Shown: one piece after another, positions 1-9,470 of the stretch | How the letters are laid out: each line of letters opens with the position of its first letter | Numbering within the stretch: the first letter of the stretch is position 1 | DNA from: Snowella sp. | GTDB taxonomy: Bacteria; Cyanobacteriota; Cyanobacteriia; Cyanobacteriales; Microcystaceae | Assembly (NCBI GenBank): GCA_035285545.1 | Contig: JAYKGY010000150.1 | Location: 37,775-101,774, forward strand | DNA length: 64,000 bases | Reading direction: 5' to 3' | Notes under the pieces: generated by a model | Databases searched by the model: none | Seen by the model: the letters and a program-made list of their open reading frames with translations, nothing else | Told to the model about the DNA's origin: nothing | Translations under genes and position numbers: made by a program

Positions 1-1082
1 CTCGGATCGCTATGGATATCCAAGGCTAGGACATTTTCCCTATCCCGAATTTCAATCGGTTCACTCATTAATTCCCCAATGCGTTCAATTGCGGTAAATC
101 CTGCCTGAAACATGGTGAATTTATCGGCAAATTGTCTTAAAGGGTTAAATAATCGTTGTGCATAGAGAATAAAAGCCGCTAATGTCCCAAAATTTAAGCC
201 TTGTTGTAAAACCAATAGCCCGCCTAACCACAACACTCCCGCGATCGCGACTAAACTGATCCATTCTAGGGTAGCTGATACGGCCGAATCATGAAAAATC
301 GTGCGGTCAACCTGCTGACGATATCGTAAATTAACCGTGCGAAATAGCTCTGCATTATACTTTTCTCGTCGGAATAATTGAACGACATTAATGCCGGTTA
401 CATTCTCCTGCAACATGGAATTTAAACTCGAAAGTTCCTCTCGAACCTGATAATTTGCCTTCCGATATTCCTGTTGAAAATAAATAATTAAAGCCGTGAC
501 AGGAATTAACATTGCCACTAGCATTAGGGCTAACTGCCACTGTAGCGCAAAAATGGTAATAATAATGACTAAAATCGAGATAAAATCACTTAAAACCCCA
601 ATGGCACCACTGGCAAACACATCACCCAGTGCCTCGACATCATTCGTCATACGAGTAACTAAGCGACCAACAGGCGTTCGCTGGAAAAAGTTAACGGATA
701 AAGATGTCACATGGACAAATAAATCTTCCCGCACATCAGCCGTAATTTCCTGACCCATTTTTTGGACTAAAAAACCTTGGATAGCCGCAAAAATTAGCCG
801 AATAACAATCGTTACCAATAAAATCGTTACTAATAAATTAAGGGCATTGCTTAACGGTAAATTTTGTAAAAACCCCCACGTAGGTTCCTGTCGCAGTAAG
901 GATACCGCTTGTCCAATAATTAACGGTTGAATGGCTCCTGCAAAGGCAACGGGAATTAATAAAAAAATAGAAAGGGTTAATAAACGGGGATAGCGGCAAG
1001 CATAGGGGAATAATTTCAACAATAATCGCCAATCGTTTTCAGTTTTAGGATTCTTGGCAGGTTGGGCAGAAGCAGCAGACAT
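1..1082 (-). CDS. ABC transporter permease/ATP-binding protein (MdlB/MsbA-like), N-terminal part; runs off the left edge
   Basis: Read by hand from ATG at 1082: MSAASAQPAKNPKTENDWRLLLKLFPY... The TM domain carries FFQRTPVGRLVTRMTNDVEALGDVF, LQENVTGINVVQLF and AGFTAIERI motifs. Confidence 0.85.
   Translation of the reverse strand, partial: MSAASAQPAKNPKTENDWRLLLKLFPYACRYPRLLTLSIFLLIPVAFAGAIQPLIIGQAVSLLRQEPTWGFLQNLPLSNALNLLVTILLVTIVIRLIFAAIQGFLVQKMGQEITADVREDLFVHVTSLSVNFFQRTPVGRLVTRMTNDVEALGDVFASGAIGVLSDFISILVIIITIFALQWQLALMLVAMLIPVTALIIYFQQEYRKANYQVREELSSLNSMLQENVTGINVVQLFRREKYNAELFRTVNLRYRQQVDRTIFHDSAVSATLEWISLVAIAGVLWLGGLLVLQQGLNFGTLAAFILYAQRLFNPLRQFADKFTMFQAGFTAIERIGELMSEPIEIRDRENVLALDIHSDP
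241..248. repeat. HIP1 octamer GCGATCGC (example copy; dozens across the window)
   Basis: Copies at 241, 1158, 2053, 17161, 17181 and an overlapping tandem at 40163-40176, among many others. Hallmark of cyanobacterial genomes. Confidence 0.95.
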
Positions 1083-1316
1083 AACCGTTTAATTAAGCGG
1101 GAAAAGGCTGAGAAAATTGGCCACTAGGACACAAGCCCCCATTGTAACGTTAATCTTGCGATCGCATTGGTTTGGGCATTATCCCTCTCTAGGAGCCATA
1201 AATCCCGTTAAGCATGAGTTTATCCTTGAAAGCAGGAACACAAGAACCGTAGCAGGGGACACTTTTTGATGGATAATCGGGGTAGAAAACTTAGTTAATC
1301 CAGTGGGTTCAATTTT

Positions 1317-1928
1317 ATGAAAGCTGCCGATATTATGAGCACCGCAGTGATCACCATTAAGGGAAGTGCAACGGTTGCGGAAGCGGTTAATTTAATGAAA
1401 AATAAAAACATCCGTTCTTTGATCGTAGAACGCCGCCATGAAGGAGATGCCTATGGAATTGTGACCGAAACCGATGTGATCTATAAAGTAGCCGCCTTTG
1501 GAACAGACCCCAAAACCGTTCGGGTATACGAAATCATGACCAAACCCTGTATTGTGGTCAATCCTGAGCTAGAAGTCGAATACGTTGCTCGTCTCTTTGC
1601 CCAAACCCGAATTCGCCACGCGCCCGTCATTAAAGGCGGATTGTTAGGGATCATTTCCGTCAGCGACATCCTACATAAAAGCAATTTTGTCGAGCAGCCT
1701 AAATCCTTGCTTTTAGATGAAAATATCCAAAAAGCCTTAGAAAATGCCAGGGCAATTTGTGCCCAGAAAGGGGCGAAATCCCGCGAATGTGCCGCCGCCT
1801 GGGATGTGGTGGAAGAACTCCAAGCCGAAGCCGCCCACCAACGGGCCCAAAAGTTAGAAAAAACTCACTTTGATGCCTATTGTGAAGAAAATCCCAGTGC
1901 CTTTGAAGCTAGGGTTTATGATACTTAA
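1317..1928 (+). CDS. CBS-CP12 fusion protein
   Basis: Tandem CBS pair followed by the CP12 signature ICAQKGAKSRECAAAWDVVEEL...YCEENPSAFEARVYD. Confidence 0.9.
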   Translation: MKAADIMSTAVITIKGSATVAEAVNLMKNKNIRSLIVERRHEGDAYGIVTETDVIYKVAAFGTDPKTVRVYEIMTKPCIVVNPELEVEYVARLFAQTRIRHAPVIKGGLLGIISVSDILHKSNFVEQPKSLLLDENIQKALENARAICAQKGAKSRECAAAWDVVEELQAEAAHQRAQKLEKTHFDAYCEENPSAFEARVYDT

Positions 1929-1947
1929 TTTTTAAATAACCTTTCCT

Positions 1948-2571
1948 ATGGAACAAACGGTTCAATCTTTAATAAAAGCCGTTGATGAAGCGGATTCCTC
2001 CGAAAAGTTGATCAATGCGGTGCGTGCCCTGGCTCAAGTGCGAGATGAAGCAGCGATCGCGACCTTAATGACGGTTTTACGCTACAACAATCCGGGGGCA
2101 GCCGTGGCAGCGGTAAATGGCCTCATTAATCTAGGAGAAGTGGCCGTTCCCTATTTGTTGGAAAATATCGACGGTTATAACTATGGGGCCCGGGCCTGGG
2201 CGACCTGTGCTTTTGCCGGCATTGGCGATCCCCGTGCCTTAGACGTGTTATTGGATGCCACGGCCAATGATTTCGCCTTTAGTGTGCGTCGAGCGGCGGC
2301 CAAAGGATTGGGAAATTTAAACTGGGATAAACTGTCTGAATCGGAGGCGTTCCCGAAACAACAACAGGTGTTATCTGCCCTTAGTTCGGCGGCCCAAGAG
2401 ACGGAATGGGTGGTACGCTATGCAGCGATCGCGGGTTTACAGGCTTTTGCTACTAAATTGGCAACTTTTCGCTCAGATGTCATTAAGCAGCTAACCGAAT
2501 TGAGTCAATCCGAAACAGAATTTATTGTCAAAAGTCGCATTGCTTGGGCCCTCCAAAACTTGCCGGTTTAA
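1948..2571 (+). CDS. cpcF: Phycocyanobilin lyase beta subunit (HEAT repeat)
   Basis: YNNPGAAVAAV...GYNYGARAWA, FAFSVRRAAAKGLG and EWVVRYAAI motifs typical of CpcF. Confidence 0.8.
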   Translation: MEQTVQSLIKAVDEADSSEKLINAVRALAQVRDEAAIATLMTVLRYNNPGAAVAAVNGLINLGEVAVPYLLENIDGYNYGARAWATCAFAGIGDPRALDVLLDATANDFAFSVRRAAAKGLGNLNWDKLSESEAFPKQQQVLSALSSAAQETEWVVRYAAIAGLQAFATKLATFRSDVIKQLTELSQSETEFIVKSRIAWALQNLPV

Positions 2572-2726
2572 GTATCCGAGGACTGACTGCGATCGCGGCG
2601 GCACCGTTCGGAACAATATTTCACCTCATCCCAACATTTCGCCCATTTTTTGCGCCATTCAAAGGGACGCTGACAAACGGGACAAATTTTGCGGGGGAGA
2701 TTGGATTTGGTATAGCGGGGGGTCAT
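2568..2726 (-). CDS. DUF2256 family small Cys-rich protein (52 aa; not in the ORF track)
   Basis: MTPRYTKSNLPRKICPVCQRPFEWRKKWAKCWDEVKYCSERCRRDRSQSSDT. Its ATG overlaps the upstream TGA (ATGA). Confidence 0.85.
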   Translation of the reverse strand: MTPRYTKSNLPRKICPVCQRPFEWRKKWAKCWDEVKYCSERCRRDRSQSSDT

Positions 2727-3448
2727 TGGGCAAATAACGCTAAGACTTTATGCCAAGCATCCTGGGCCGCTTCTGGGTGGTAACTTCCTCGGCGATCGCA
2801 GAAAAAGCCATGATCGGCCCCTGGGTAACGGAAGATTTGGTGGGGAATCTGGGCTTCAGTCAGGGCTGCTTCAATTTTTTCGGTATCTAGGACGGGAATA
2901 CTGGCATCTTCTAATCCAAAGAAGGCATAGATCGTGCCTTTAATATCCGGCGTTTTGGTAATCGTTGGTTCTGTTTCTCCTGGTGCCCAGTGCGGAATGC
3001 CTGCGCCGTAAAAGGAAGCCGTTGCTTTAACCGCCGGTAAGGTCGCCGCGAGATAAACCACTAATCCCCCGAAACAAAAGCCAATGGTTCTGATCCCCGC
3101 TTTTTTGACCTGGGGCAGGGTGTAAAGATAGTCAATGGTCGCTTGAATATCACTCAGTAATTCAGTCGTTTGCGTTTGTTCTTTGTATTTCCGACCTTCG
3201 GCGATCACTTCGGGGGTGTAACCGGTTTCAAAGTTTGGGGCTTGACGTTGATAAATAGCGGGCGCGATCGCCACGTACCCCTCTTGGGCAATGCGTTCTG
3301 TTACGTCTCGAATATGTTCATTAACGCCAAAAATTTCTTGGATAACAACCACAGCCGGCCAAGTTCCCTCTTCTTTCGGGGTCGCTAGATAGGCCGCGAT
3401 CGCCAAATCTCCATTGTGTACTTGAACCCATTGGCTATGAATCTGCAT
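2723..3448 (-). CDS. Dienelactone hydrolase family protein
   Basis: QEIFGVN, GFCFGG nucleophile and HGFFCD motifs. Likely start MQIHSQ at 3448. Confidence 0.9.
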   Translation of the reverse strand: MQIHSQWVQVHNGDLAIAAYLATPKEEGTWPAVVVIQEIFGVNEHIRDVTERIAQEGYVAIAPAIYQRQAPNFETGYTPEVIAEGRKYKEQTQTTELLSDIQATIDYLYTLPQVKKAGIRTIGFCFGGLVVYLAATLPAVKATASFYGAGIPHWAPGETEPTITKTPDIKGTIYAFFGLEDASIPVLDTEKIEAALTEAQIPHQIFRYPGADHGFFCDRRGSYHPEAAQDAWHKVLALFAQ

Positions 3449-3632
3449 ATTAAAAAGGATTTGTAAGATTGATGAGATTTTTGAAAAAATTGATTTTATT
3501 GATTTCAAAAACTAATTTAAGGGTTGATGATTAATCTCTTAAACGCCAAATTGGGCTTATCTACCCATTCAATTTGATTCGCTCAAAATCCCCCTGAAAA
3601 CTGTAAAAAAATTTAAGGATTTCCCCTTTCCC

Positions 3633-3869
3633 CTAGTCATCTTCCCAAGACTCTTGGGCTAGTAGGTCAATAATACGGTCTCTGAGCAAAAAATCGCTAA
3701 GTTCAAGTTCCCATTCTACCCTGGGCCATTCTCGCGCCGGAATATACTGGCATAAGGTAAAAATCGGCTGTTGACGGTCTAATTGCCCTTGACGGACGAG
3801 TTGCAAGGCCGTTTCTTTGATTTGATCAATCGAATACTGAAGCGGCTTTTCTAGGCTCGTATTAAACAT
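3633..3869 (-). CDS. DUF4327 family cyanobacterial protein
   Basis: YSIDQIKE.A.QLV..G.LDRQQPI..LC.YIPAREW...E.EL...DFLLRDRI.DL...E.WEDD pattern. Confidence 0.75.
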   Translation of the reverse strand: MFNTSLEKPLQYSIDQIKETALQLVRQGQLDRQQPIFTLCQYIPAREWPRVEWELELSDFLLRDRIIDLLAQESWEDD

Positions 3870-4134
3870 AAACTTTCCAAAACTTGCGAGAAAAAAAGAC
3901 TCAGTTCAATGAAAACTGGGAGGTCTTTCAATGCTGAATTTTTTACTTTTTATAATTATCGGTTAGAAGCACAACATAATATTCAATTCGTCAATATTTT
4001 AAGGTTTATTTAAGGACTAACAGAATAGGTACTTGCATTCATGTGAAGTTAACGTAACAATTAAAAAAGATACTTATTAACGAATCTTAACAAACTTTTT
4101 TGAAAATGACCCTTGAAGGAGTCGAGAGTTGGAT

Positions 4135-5025
4135 ATGACAACGCGATCGCTAACCGCTGCAACTGCTTTGGAGCCGATGGAGTGGCATTGGCAAGATTAC
4201 CCCATTCGCTACACCGTTCAAGGGCAAGGCAAGCCGATAGTGCTGATTCATGGATTTGGCGCATCCATTGGTCATTGGCAGAAAAATATTCCGGTCTTAG
4301 CTGAGCAGGGCTATCGAGTTTTCGCGATCGATCTGTTGGGATTTGGAGGATCTGCTAAACCGCCCTTAAATTACACCTTAGACCTCTGGCAAGACCAATT
4401 ACAGCACTTCTGGCAAGTTCATATTCAAGAACCCACCGTGTTTGTCGGCAATTCCATTGGGGGATTACTCAGCTTAATGATGTTAGCCCATTGTCCTGAA
4501 CTTTCGGCAGGGGGCGTTTTACTCAATTGTGCTGGGGGCTTAAATCACCGCCCGGATGAACTCAATTTCCCCTTGCGTTTAGTCATGGGGGGATTTACCA
4601 AATTAGTCAGTTCTCCCCTGGTTGGTGCGTTTATTTTTAACCGTATTCGTCAGAAATCTCGGATTCGCCAAACCCTCTATCAAGTTTATTGCGATCGCGA
4701 AGCGGTGACCGATGAACTCGTAGAAATGCTCTATCAGCCCTCCTCCGATCCGGGTGCCCAAAAAGTTTTTGCTTCGGTCTTAACCGCTCCCCCTGGCCCC
4801 CAACCGTCTGAATTATTACCGAAGATTGACCAACCCTTACTGGTTCTTTGGGGAGAAAGCGATCCCTGGACACCGATCGCCGGAGCAACCCTCTATCACC
4901 AACGGGCACAAAGCGATCCGCGCACCGAATTTTATCCCATTCCCCAAGCCGGTCACTGTCCCCACGACGAAAAACCCGATCTGGTTAACCGATATATCTT
5001 AGATTGGTTAGCTAAATATCATTAA
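4135..5025 (+). CDS. Alpha/beta fold hydrolase
   Basis: HGFGAS, GNSIGG nucleophile elbow and GHCPHDE motifs. Confidence 0.9.
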   Translation: MTTRSLTAATALEPMEWHWQDYPIRYTVQGQGKPIVLIHGFGASIGHWQKNIPVLAEQGYRVFAIDLLGFGGSAKPPLNYTLDLWQDQLQHFWQVHIQEPTVFVGNSIGGLLSLMMLAHCPELSAGGVLLNCAGGLNHRPDELNFPLRLVMGGFTKLVSSPLVGAFIFNRIRQKSRIRQTLYQVYCDREAVTDELVEMLYQPSSDPGAQKVFASVLTAPPGPQPSELLPKIDQPLLVLWGESDPWTPIAGATLYHQRAQSDPRTEFYPIPQAGHCPHDEKPDLVNRYILDWLAKYH

Positions 5026-5044
5026 TTTCGTTTAAAAAATAATA

Positions 5045-5269
5045 CTAGGAAGATTTTTCGGTTATGGAGGCTTGCAGTAAACGGGGCAACAGAATGAGGA
5101 AGTAAAACCACCACAGGCTAATCCCCAGACTGACGAGAAGCGTCAACCAAAGGAGTTTAAACAGGAGCCAACTCCCGACTATCATCCCAATTCCGGTTAA
5201 CAGAATCGTCCAGGGTTGGCACCACCAGGGTTTATATTGCCACAAGTTAAATTTTGTTTGGTCTGACAT
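5045..5269 (-). CDS. Small conserved membrane protein (DUF6737-like)
   Basis: WQYKPWWCQPWTILLTG followed by two hydrophobic helices. Confidence 0.65.
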   Translation of the reverse strand: MSDQTKFNLWQYKPWWCQPWTILLTGIGMIVGSWLLFKLLWLTLLVSLGISLWWFYFLILLPRLLQASITEKSS

Positions 5270-5461
5270 TATTATTCAAGAGGGTTCAAAAATACAGTCT
5301 TATTCCACTCTACCAAGTTCATCTTGAAATTTCCCTAGAAATCTCGATACATTACGCCATTAGATAGAAGCAATTTGACGCAATATCTATTTAAGTTAGA
5401 CCTATAAATACTTGAATAGATGAGTTTGAAATCCGTCTCTGCTTAGGATTTTAGAGGTTTA

Positions 5462-6493
5462 ATGAATCATCCGTTACTCGCATTAACCGTGTGGAAAAGA
5501 GCAGCAGAAAATATTCAGGAAATGATTAATAATGTCATTGTTAGATTACCTGATATTCTTTTGGCAATTATCGTTTTTTTGGTTTTCTATTTTACTGCTA
5601 GTAAGCTTAAATTTTTAGTTAAACGATTAACCAGCCGTTATCGTCATGCTAGAAATTTAGGGATTGTGTTAGGACGGTTGACCCAAGGAACCACAATTTT
5701 AGTGGGATTATTTGTTGCCTTATCGATTATTATTCCGACTTTTAAAGCAGGGGATTTAATTCAACTCTTAGGAATTAGTGGGGTTGCGATTGGATTTGCT
5801 TTTCGAGATATTTTACAGAATTTTTTAGCCGGTATTTTAATTTTATTAACAGAGCCTTTCCAAATTGACGATCAAATTGTTTTTAAAAATTTTGAAGGAA
5901 CAGTCGAAGATATCCAAACACGGGCAACAACGATTCGTACCTATGATGGTCGTCGCATCGTGATCCCCAATTCAGAATTGTTTACTAATGCAGTAACGGT
6001 CAATACTGCGTTTGAAAAGCGTCGTTTGGAGTATGACGTAGGCGTGGGCTATGGGGATAATTTGGAATTGGCAAAACGTTTAATTCTTGACGCAATACGC
6101 AGTGTGGAGGGGGTTTTATCCGATCCGCCTCCGGATGCGTTAGTGATGGAATTGTCCGAAAGTACGATTAATATTCGCGCTCGTTGGTGGATTCAACCGC
6201 CCCGACGGGCTGATGCACTCGATACCCAAGATCGGGTGTTAACAGCAATTAAAAATCAATTGACTGCCAATGGTATTGATTTACCCTTTCCGACCTATCA
6301 ACTGTTATTTCACGACCAAACGGAGGAAACGGACGGCGATCGCGCTCGACAACGGGAAGGCTGGCCCAAAGGAAAAGGAGAGATCCCAAAAACCCGTTCC
6401 ATTAGTGGCAGTTTGAAGCAATTAGCCCAGGCCAATCCAGAAAATACCTCGACCAACCATCACTCAGAGACGGACAATTATAGCGCGAATTAA
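5462..6493 (+). CDS. MscS-family mechanosensitive channel
   Basis: GVAIGFAFRDILQNFLAG, GTVEDIQTRAT.IRT.DG...IPNS and GIDLPFP motifs. Confidence 0.9.
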   Translation: MNHPLLALTVWKRAAENIQEMINNVIVRLPDILLAIIVFLVFYFTASKLKFLVKRLTSRYRHARNLGIVLGRLTQGTTILVGLFVALSIIIPTFKAGDLIQLLGISGVAIGFAFRDILQNFLAGILILLTEPFQIDDQIVFKNFEGTVEDIQTRATTIRTYDGRRIVIPNSELFTNAVTVNTAFEKRRLEYDVGVGYGDNLELAKRLILDAIRSVEGVLSDPPPDALVMELSESTINIRARWWIQPPRRADALDTQDRVLTAIKNQLTANGIDLPFPTYQLLFHDQTEETDGDRARQREGWPKGKGEIPKTRSISGSLKQLAQANPENTSTNHHSETDNYSAN

Positions 6494-6568
6494 AGCCTAT
6501 TTCCCTATTTTGTTCACATATTGATGAAATTAGCTATTTAAATCAAGAATGGGCGATGGGACAGCATC

Positions 6569-7543
6569 ATGCGTAGGTTGAGAGAGAGATTCAGAATTCA
6601 AATTACCTTAGAGGATTTTGACAATATTTATCATTCGTTGATTGAAGACACATTGATCGATATCAACTATTTTGTGTTGATTTTAGGCTCGGCCATGATT
6701 GCAACCTTGGGGTTATTGGCGAATAGCGTCGCCGTGATTATTGGTGCCATGATTATCGCCCCCCTGATGTTACCGATACGGGTTTTTGCCTTTGGTGCGA
6801 TCGCGGGTAATTTATCTCTTTTACGCAAAGGATTGGCCTGTCTCGTTGTCGGTACGATTTTTCCCTTGGGTTTAGCTTTTGTAATTGGCTATTTTGCGGG
6901 AATTCCAGCTTTTGAGAGTGAAGTGATTGCCCGTGCTAAGCCCACCCTATTCGATTTAGGTATTGCGATCACCGCCGGTGGCATCAGTGGTTTTGCCAAG
7001 GTTCAACCCAAGATTTCTGCCAGTTTAGCCGGAACCGCGATCGCTGTCGCCTTAATGCCCCCCATTTGTGTCATTGGTTTAGGACTATCCCAAGCGAATT
7101 GGTCACTCAGTTTGGGAGCAACCTTACTCTATTTTACGAATTTATTGGGAATTATTCTAGCTTGTATGCTGACTTTTTTATTAACCGGTTATGTTCCCTT
7201 TTATCGAGCCAAAAAAGCATTATTTTGGGCAGTTATTTTTACAATGATAATTTTGATTCCGTTAGCGATTAGTTTTATCGAACTCGTCAAACAAATTCAA
7301 CTAGAAACCAATCTCAAAAAAGCCTTACTTGATCGAACCATTACTTTTCATCGCGTAGAATTACTGAGGACTGACACAAACTGGTTAATGAATCCACCAG
7401 AGGTCTTATTAACTGTCAATACAAGAGCGACCGTTACCCCCAGACAAGTCAGCTTATTAGAAGATTTTATTGATCAACAGATGGGCCGACCCTTTAGGTT
7501 AATTTTTAAAGTCAACCAATTTGAGGAAGTCAGAGCTGATTAA
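6569..7543 (+). CDS. DUF389 (TIGR00341-like) membrane protein
   Basis: IATLGLLANSVAVIIGAMIIAPLM and GTAIAVALMPP motifs. Confidence 0.85.
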   Translation: MRRLRERFRIQITLEDFDNIYHSLIEDTLIDINYFVLILGSAMIATLGLLANSVAVIIGAMIIAPLMLPIRVFAFGAIAGNLSLLRKGLACLVVGTIFPLGLAFVIGYFAGIPAFESEVIARAKPTLFDLGIAITAGGISGFAKVQPKISASLAGTAIAVALMPPICVIGLGLSQANWSLSLGATLLYFTNLLGIILACMLTFLLTGYVPFYRAKKALFWAVIFTMIILIPLAISFIELVKQIQLETNLKKALLDRTITFHRVELLRTDTNWLMNPPEVLLTVNTRATVTPRQVSLLEDFIDQQMGRPFRLIFKVNQFEEVRAD

Positions 7544-7838
7544 AGCATGTTAAACCCGCGTTAAGTTTGATTGTGTTATTAACAGGTTTTATAACTTTTG
7601 AGGGAGGAATCCATTCCCATTAATTTGTCATGTTTAAGTTAATTAATTATTTTTATTGATGGCAAAATTCGTTGTAATCAAAGGCGGATTTTCGTAGAAC
7701 CCCAAGCGATTAGGCTGCTGCTCTGTCCGGAATTTAACTGTAAACGCCTGCATTTAACTTTAATTTCAGTGAATACTACCATTCGGACTTAATCTGGCTG
7801 TGTCTAAGGTGAATAATGATTGTTGAGAGGATAAAGCA

Positions 7839-8762
7839 ATGAAAACGATGAACTCAAAGAAAACGATTTCGCTTATAGCTAGCTTAGTGGGATTAAGCTT
7901 ATTCATTCCCTGGCAACGTTTACAGGCCCAAAATAAGGCTCCCTCTCTTTCCCCTAATTCAACTAATTCAACGGATCTGCCCAGCAGAGCGACCGAGACG
8001 GCCTATAGTCAATATATGAGATTGGGCTATACTGCTTTTCAAAAAGGAGAGGCGGAAACGGCAACGTTATATTTTAGAAACGCGCTTTATGAACGTCCCA
8101 ATGATCGGGCTGCGACCATTGCCTATTGGAATGCCAGAAATGCGATGAAGCGTCAGGCTAAACAGGAAATTACTCAAGCCTCTTCAGATTATGATCGCTA
8201 TATGATGGCAGGCTACGATGCTACGGATCTCAGGGATTATCCAGCGGCTCTTGATAACTTTAAACGGGCATTAGCCGAGCGTCCAGAGGATTTCTATGCA
8301 ACCCAAGCATTACGAAATGTGCAAATTTATATTGCTCGCGGGCAAGGTCAACCAGGTCTGAGCGATCCCCTATCGCCGAGTGTGATTTATCCGTTGGAAT
8401 CTCCCTATAATCGTTATTTGCGGTTAGGATATTTAGCTCAACAACAAGGGAATTATCAAGCAGCAGCAAACTATTTTCGCAGTGCCCTCACCGAAAATCC
8501 CCGCGATCGCTATGCCACCCTGGCCTATTGGAATGCGATGAATGCCCTCAGTGGAAGCAACTCAACAGATATCACCACAGATACCACCGCTACTGAATCC
8601 GATTATGACCGTTATATGAGGATTGGCTATGATGCAACGGAACGGGGCAACTATCAAGCGGCTTTAATTAATTTTCAAAGAGCCTTACAGGAACGTCCCA
8701 ATGATTACTACGCGATTCAAGCGGTGCGGAATGTCCAAACCTATATTGTCGATAATCAATAA
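7839..8762 (+). CDS. Secreted TPR-like repeat protein
   Basis: Signal peptide ending LQA. Four ~48-aa repeats of Y..YMR.GY.A.......A...F..AL.ERP.D..A. Confidence 0.75.
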   Translation: MKTMNSKKTISLIASLVGLSLFIPWQRLQAQNKAPSLSPNSTNSTDLPSRATETAYSQYMRLGYTAFQKGEAETATLYFRNALYERPNDRAATIAYWNARNAMKRQAKQEITQASSDYDRYMMAGYDATDLRDYPAALDNFKRALAERPEDFYATQALRNVQIYIARGQGQPGLSDPLSPSVIYPLESPYNRYLRLGYLAQQQGNYQAAANYFRSALTENPRDRYATLAYWNAMNALSGSNSTDITTDTTATESDYDRYMRIGYDATERGNYQAALINFQRALQERPNDYYAIQAVRNVQTYIVDNQ

Positions 8763-8785
8763 ATTTAGCTAATCCAACTCCCAAC

Positions 8786-9202
8786 GTGAAGTTAGAACGG
8801 ATTAGTTCATTCCCTTTTGTTTGTAAAAAAAATTCGGCCCGATCGCAAATGGCGGAAGGATTTGCCAAAGTATTCGGTAGCGGTAAGATTGAAGTCACGA
8901 GTTCCGGACTCGAAGCCAACCCCGTTCGTCCAGAAGCGATCGCCGCCATGCAAGCCATTGGTATTGATATTACGGCTCAAACCTCGAAAGCCCTGAGCAA
9001 CTTTAACCCCGAAGATTTTGATGTGGTTATTTCCCTCTGTGGTTGTGGAGTCAATTTACCTGAAGCCTGGTTAACCAGAGAAGTCTTTCAAGATTGGCAA
9101 TTGGATGATCCTGCCGAACAGCCTGAAATCTTCCCCAGGGTGCGAGATGAAGTGAAAGAACGAGTGATGGCCTTGATTGAGTCTGTTGCTCCATCATCCT
9201 AA
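8786..9202 (+). CDS. arsC: Arsenate reductase, cyanobacterial LMW-PTPase/glutaredoxin type (atypical N-terminus)
   Basis: FVCKKNSARSQMAEG P-loop, SLCGCGVNLP and WQLDDP motifs. Confidence 0.8.
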   Translation: MKLERISSFPFVCKKNSARSQMAEGFAKVFGSGKIEVTSSGLEANPVRPEAIAAMQAIGIDITAQTSKALSNFNPEDFDVVISLCGCGVNLPEAWLTREVFQDWQLDDPAEQPEIFPRVRDEVKERVMALIESVAPSS

Positions 9203-9307
9203 AATAATCCTCAAAACAAACTTCAACGCTTTGAAGAAAGCCATCGAAACAAGCGTGAGGAATAGAATTAACCACAGTAGCCGCTAAACAGGGAGGAATA
9301 ACGGGAT

Positions 9308-9430
9308 ATGAAAGAAGATTTATTACCCTTTCTTGCAGGGGTTGCTTTGCTAGTGCTGTATCTAGTTTTCTCCGCTATGACTGAAATGGGAACTCGATGG
9401 CCGTGGAAAAAAGAGGAGCGCGATCGCTGA
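9308..9430 (+). CDS. Small single-TM protein, 40 aa (not in the ORF track)
   Basis: GGGAGG RBS at 9291-9296. MKEDLLPFLAGVALLVLYLVFSAMTEMGTRWPWKKEERDR. Confidence 0.65.
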   Translation: MKEDLLPFLAGVALLVLYLVFSAMTEMGTRWPWKKEERDR

Positions 9431-9470
9431 ATAAATTTTGCCCGCATTGAATCCTAAAACCTTTCGATTT

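Noticed and set aside
496..1032. Track ORFs 496..753 (+) and 838..1032 (-)
   Set aside because: Shadow frames of the minus-strand ABC transporter that starts at 1082.
2525..2783. Track ORFs 2525..2737 and 2544..2783 (+)
   Set aside because: Antisense to the real DUF2256 gene and overlapping cpcF and the hydrolase.
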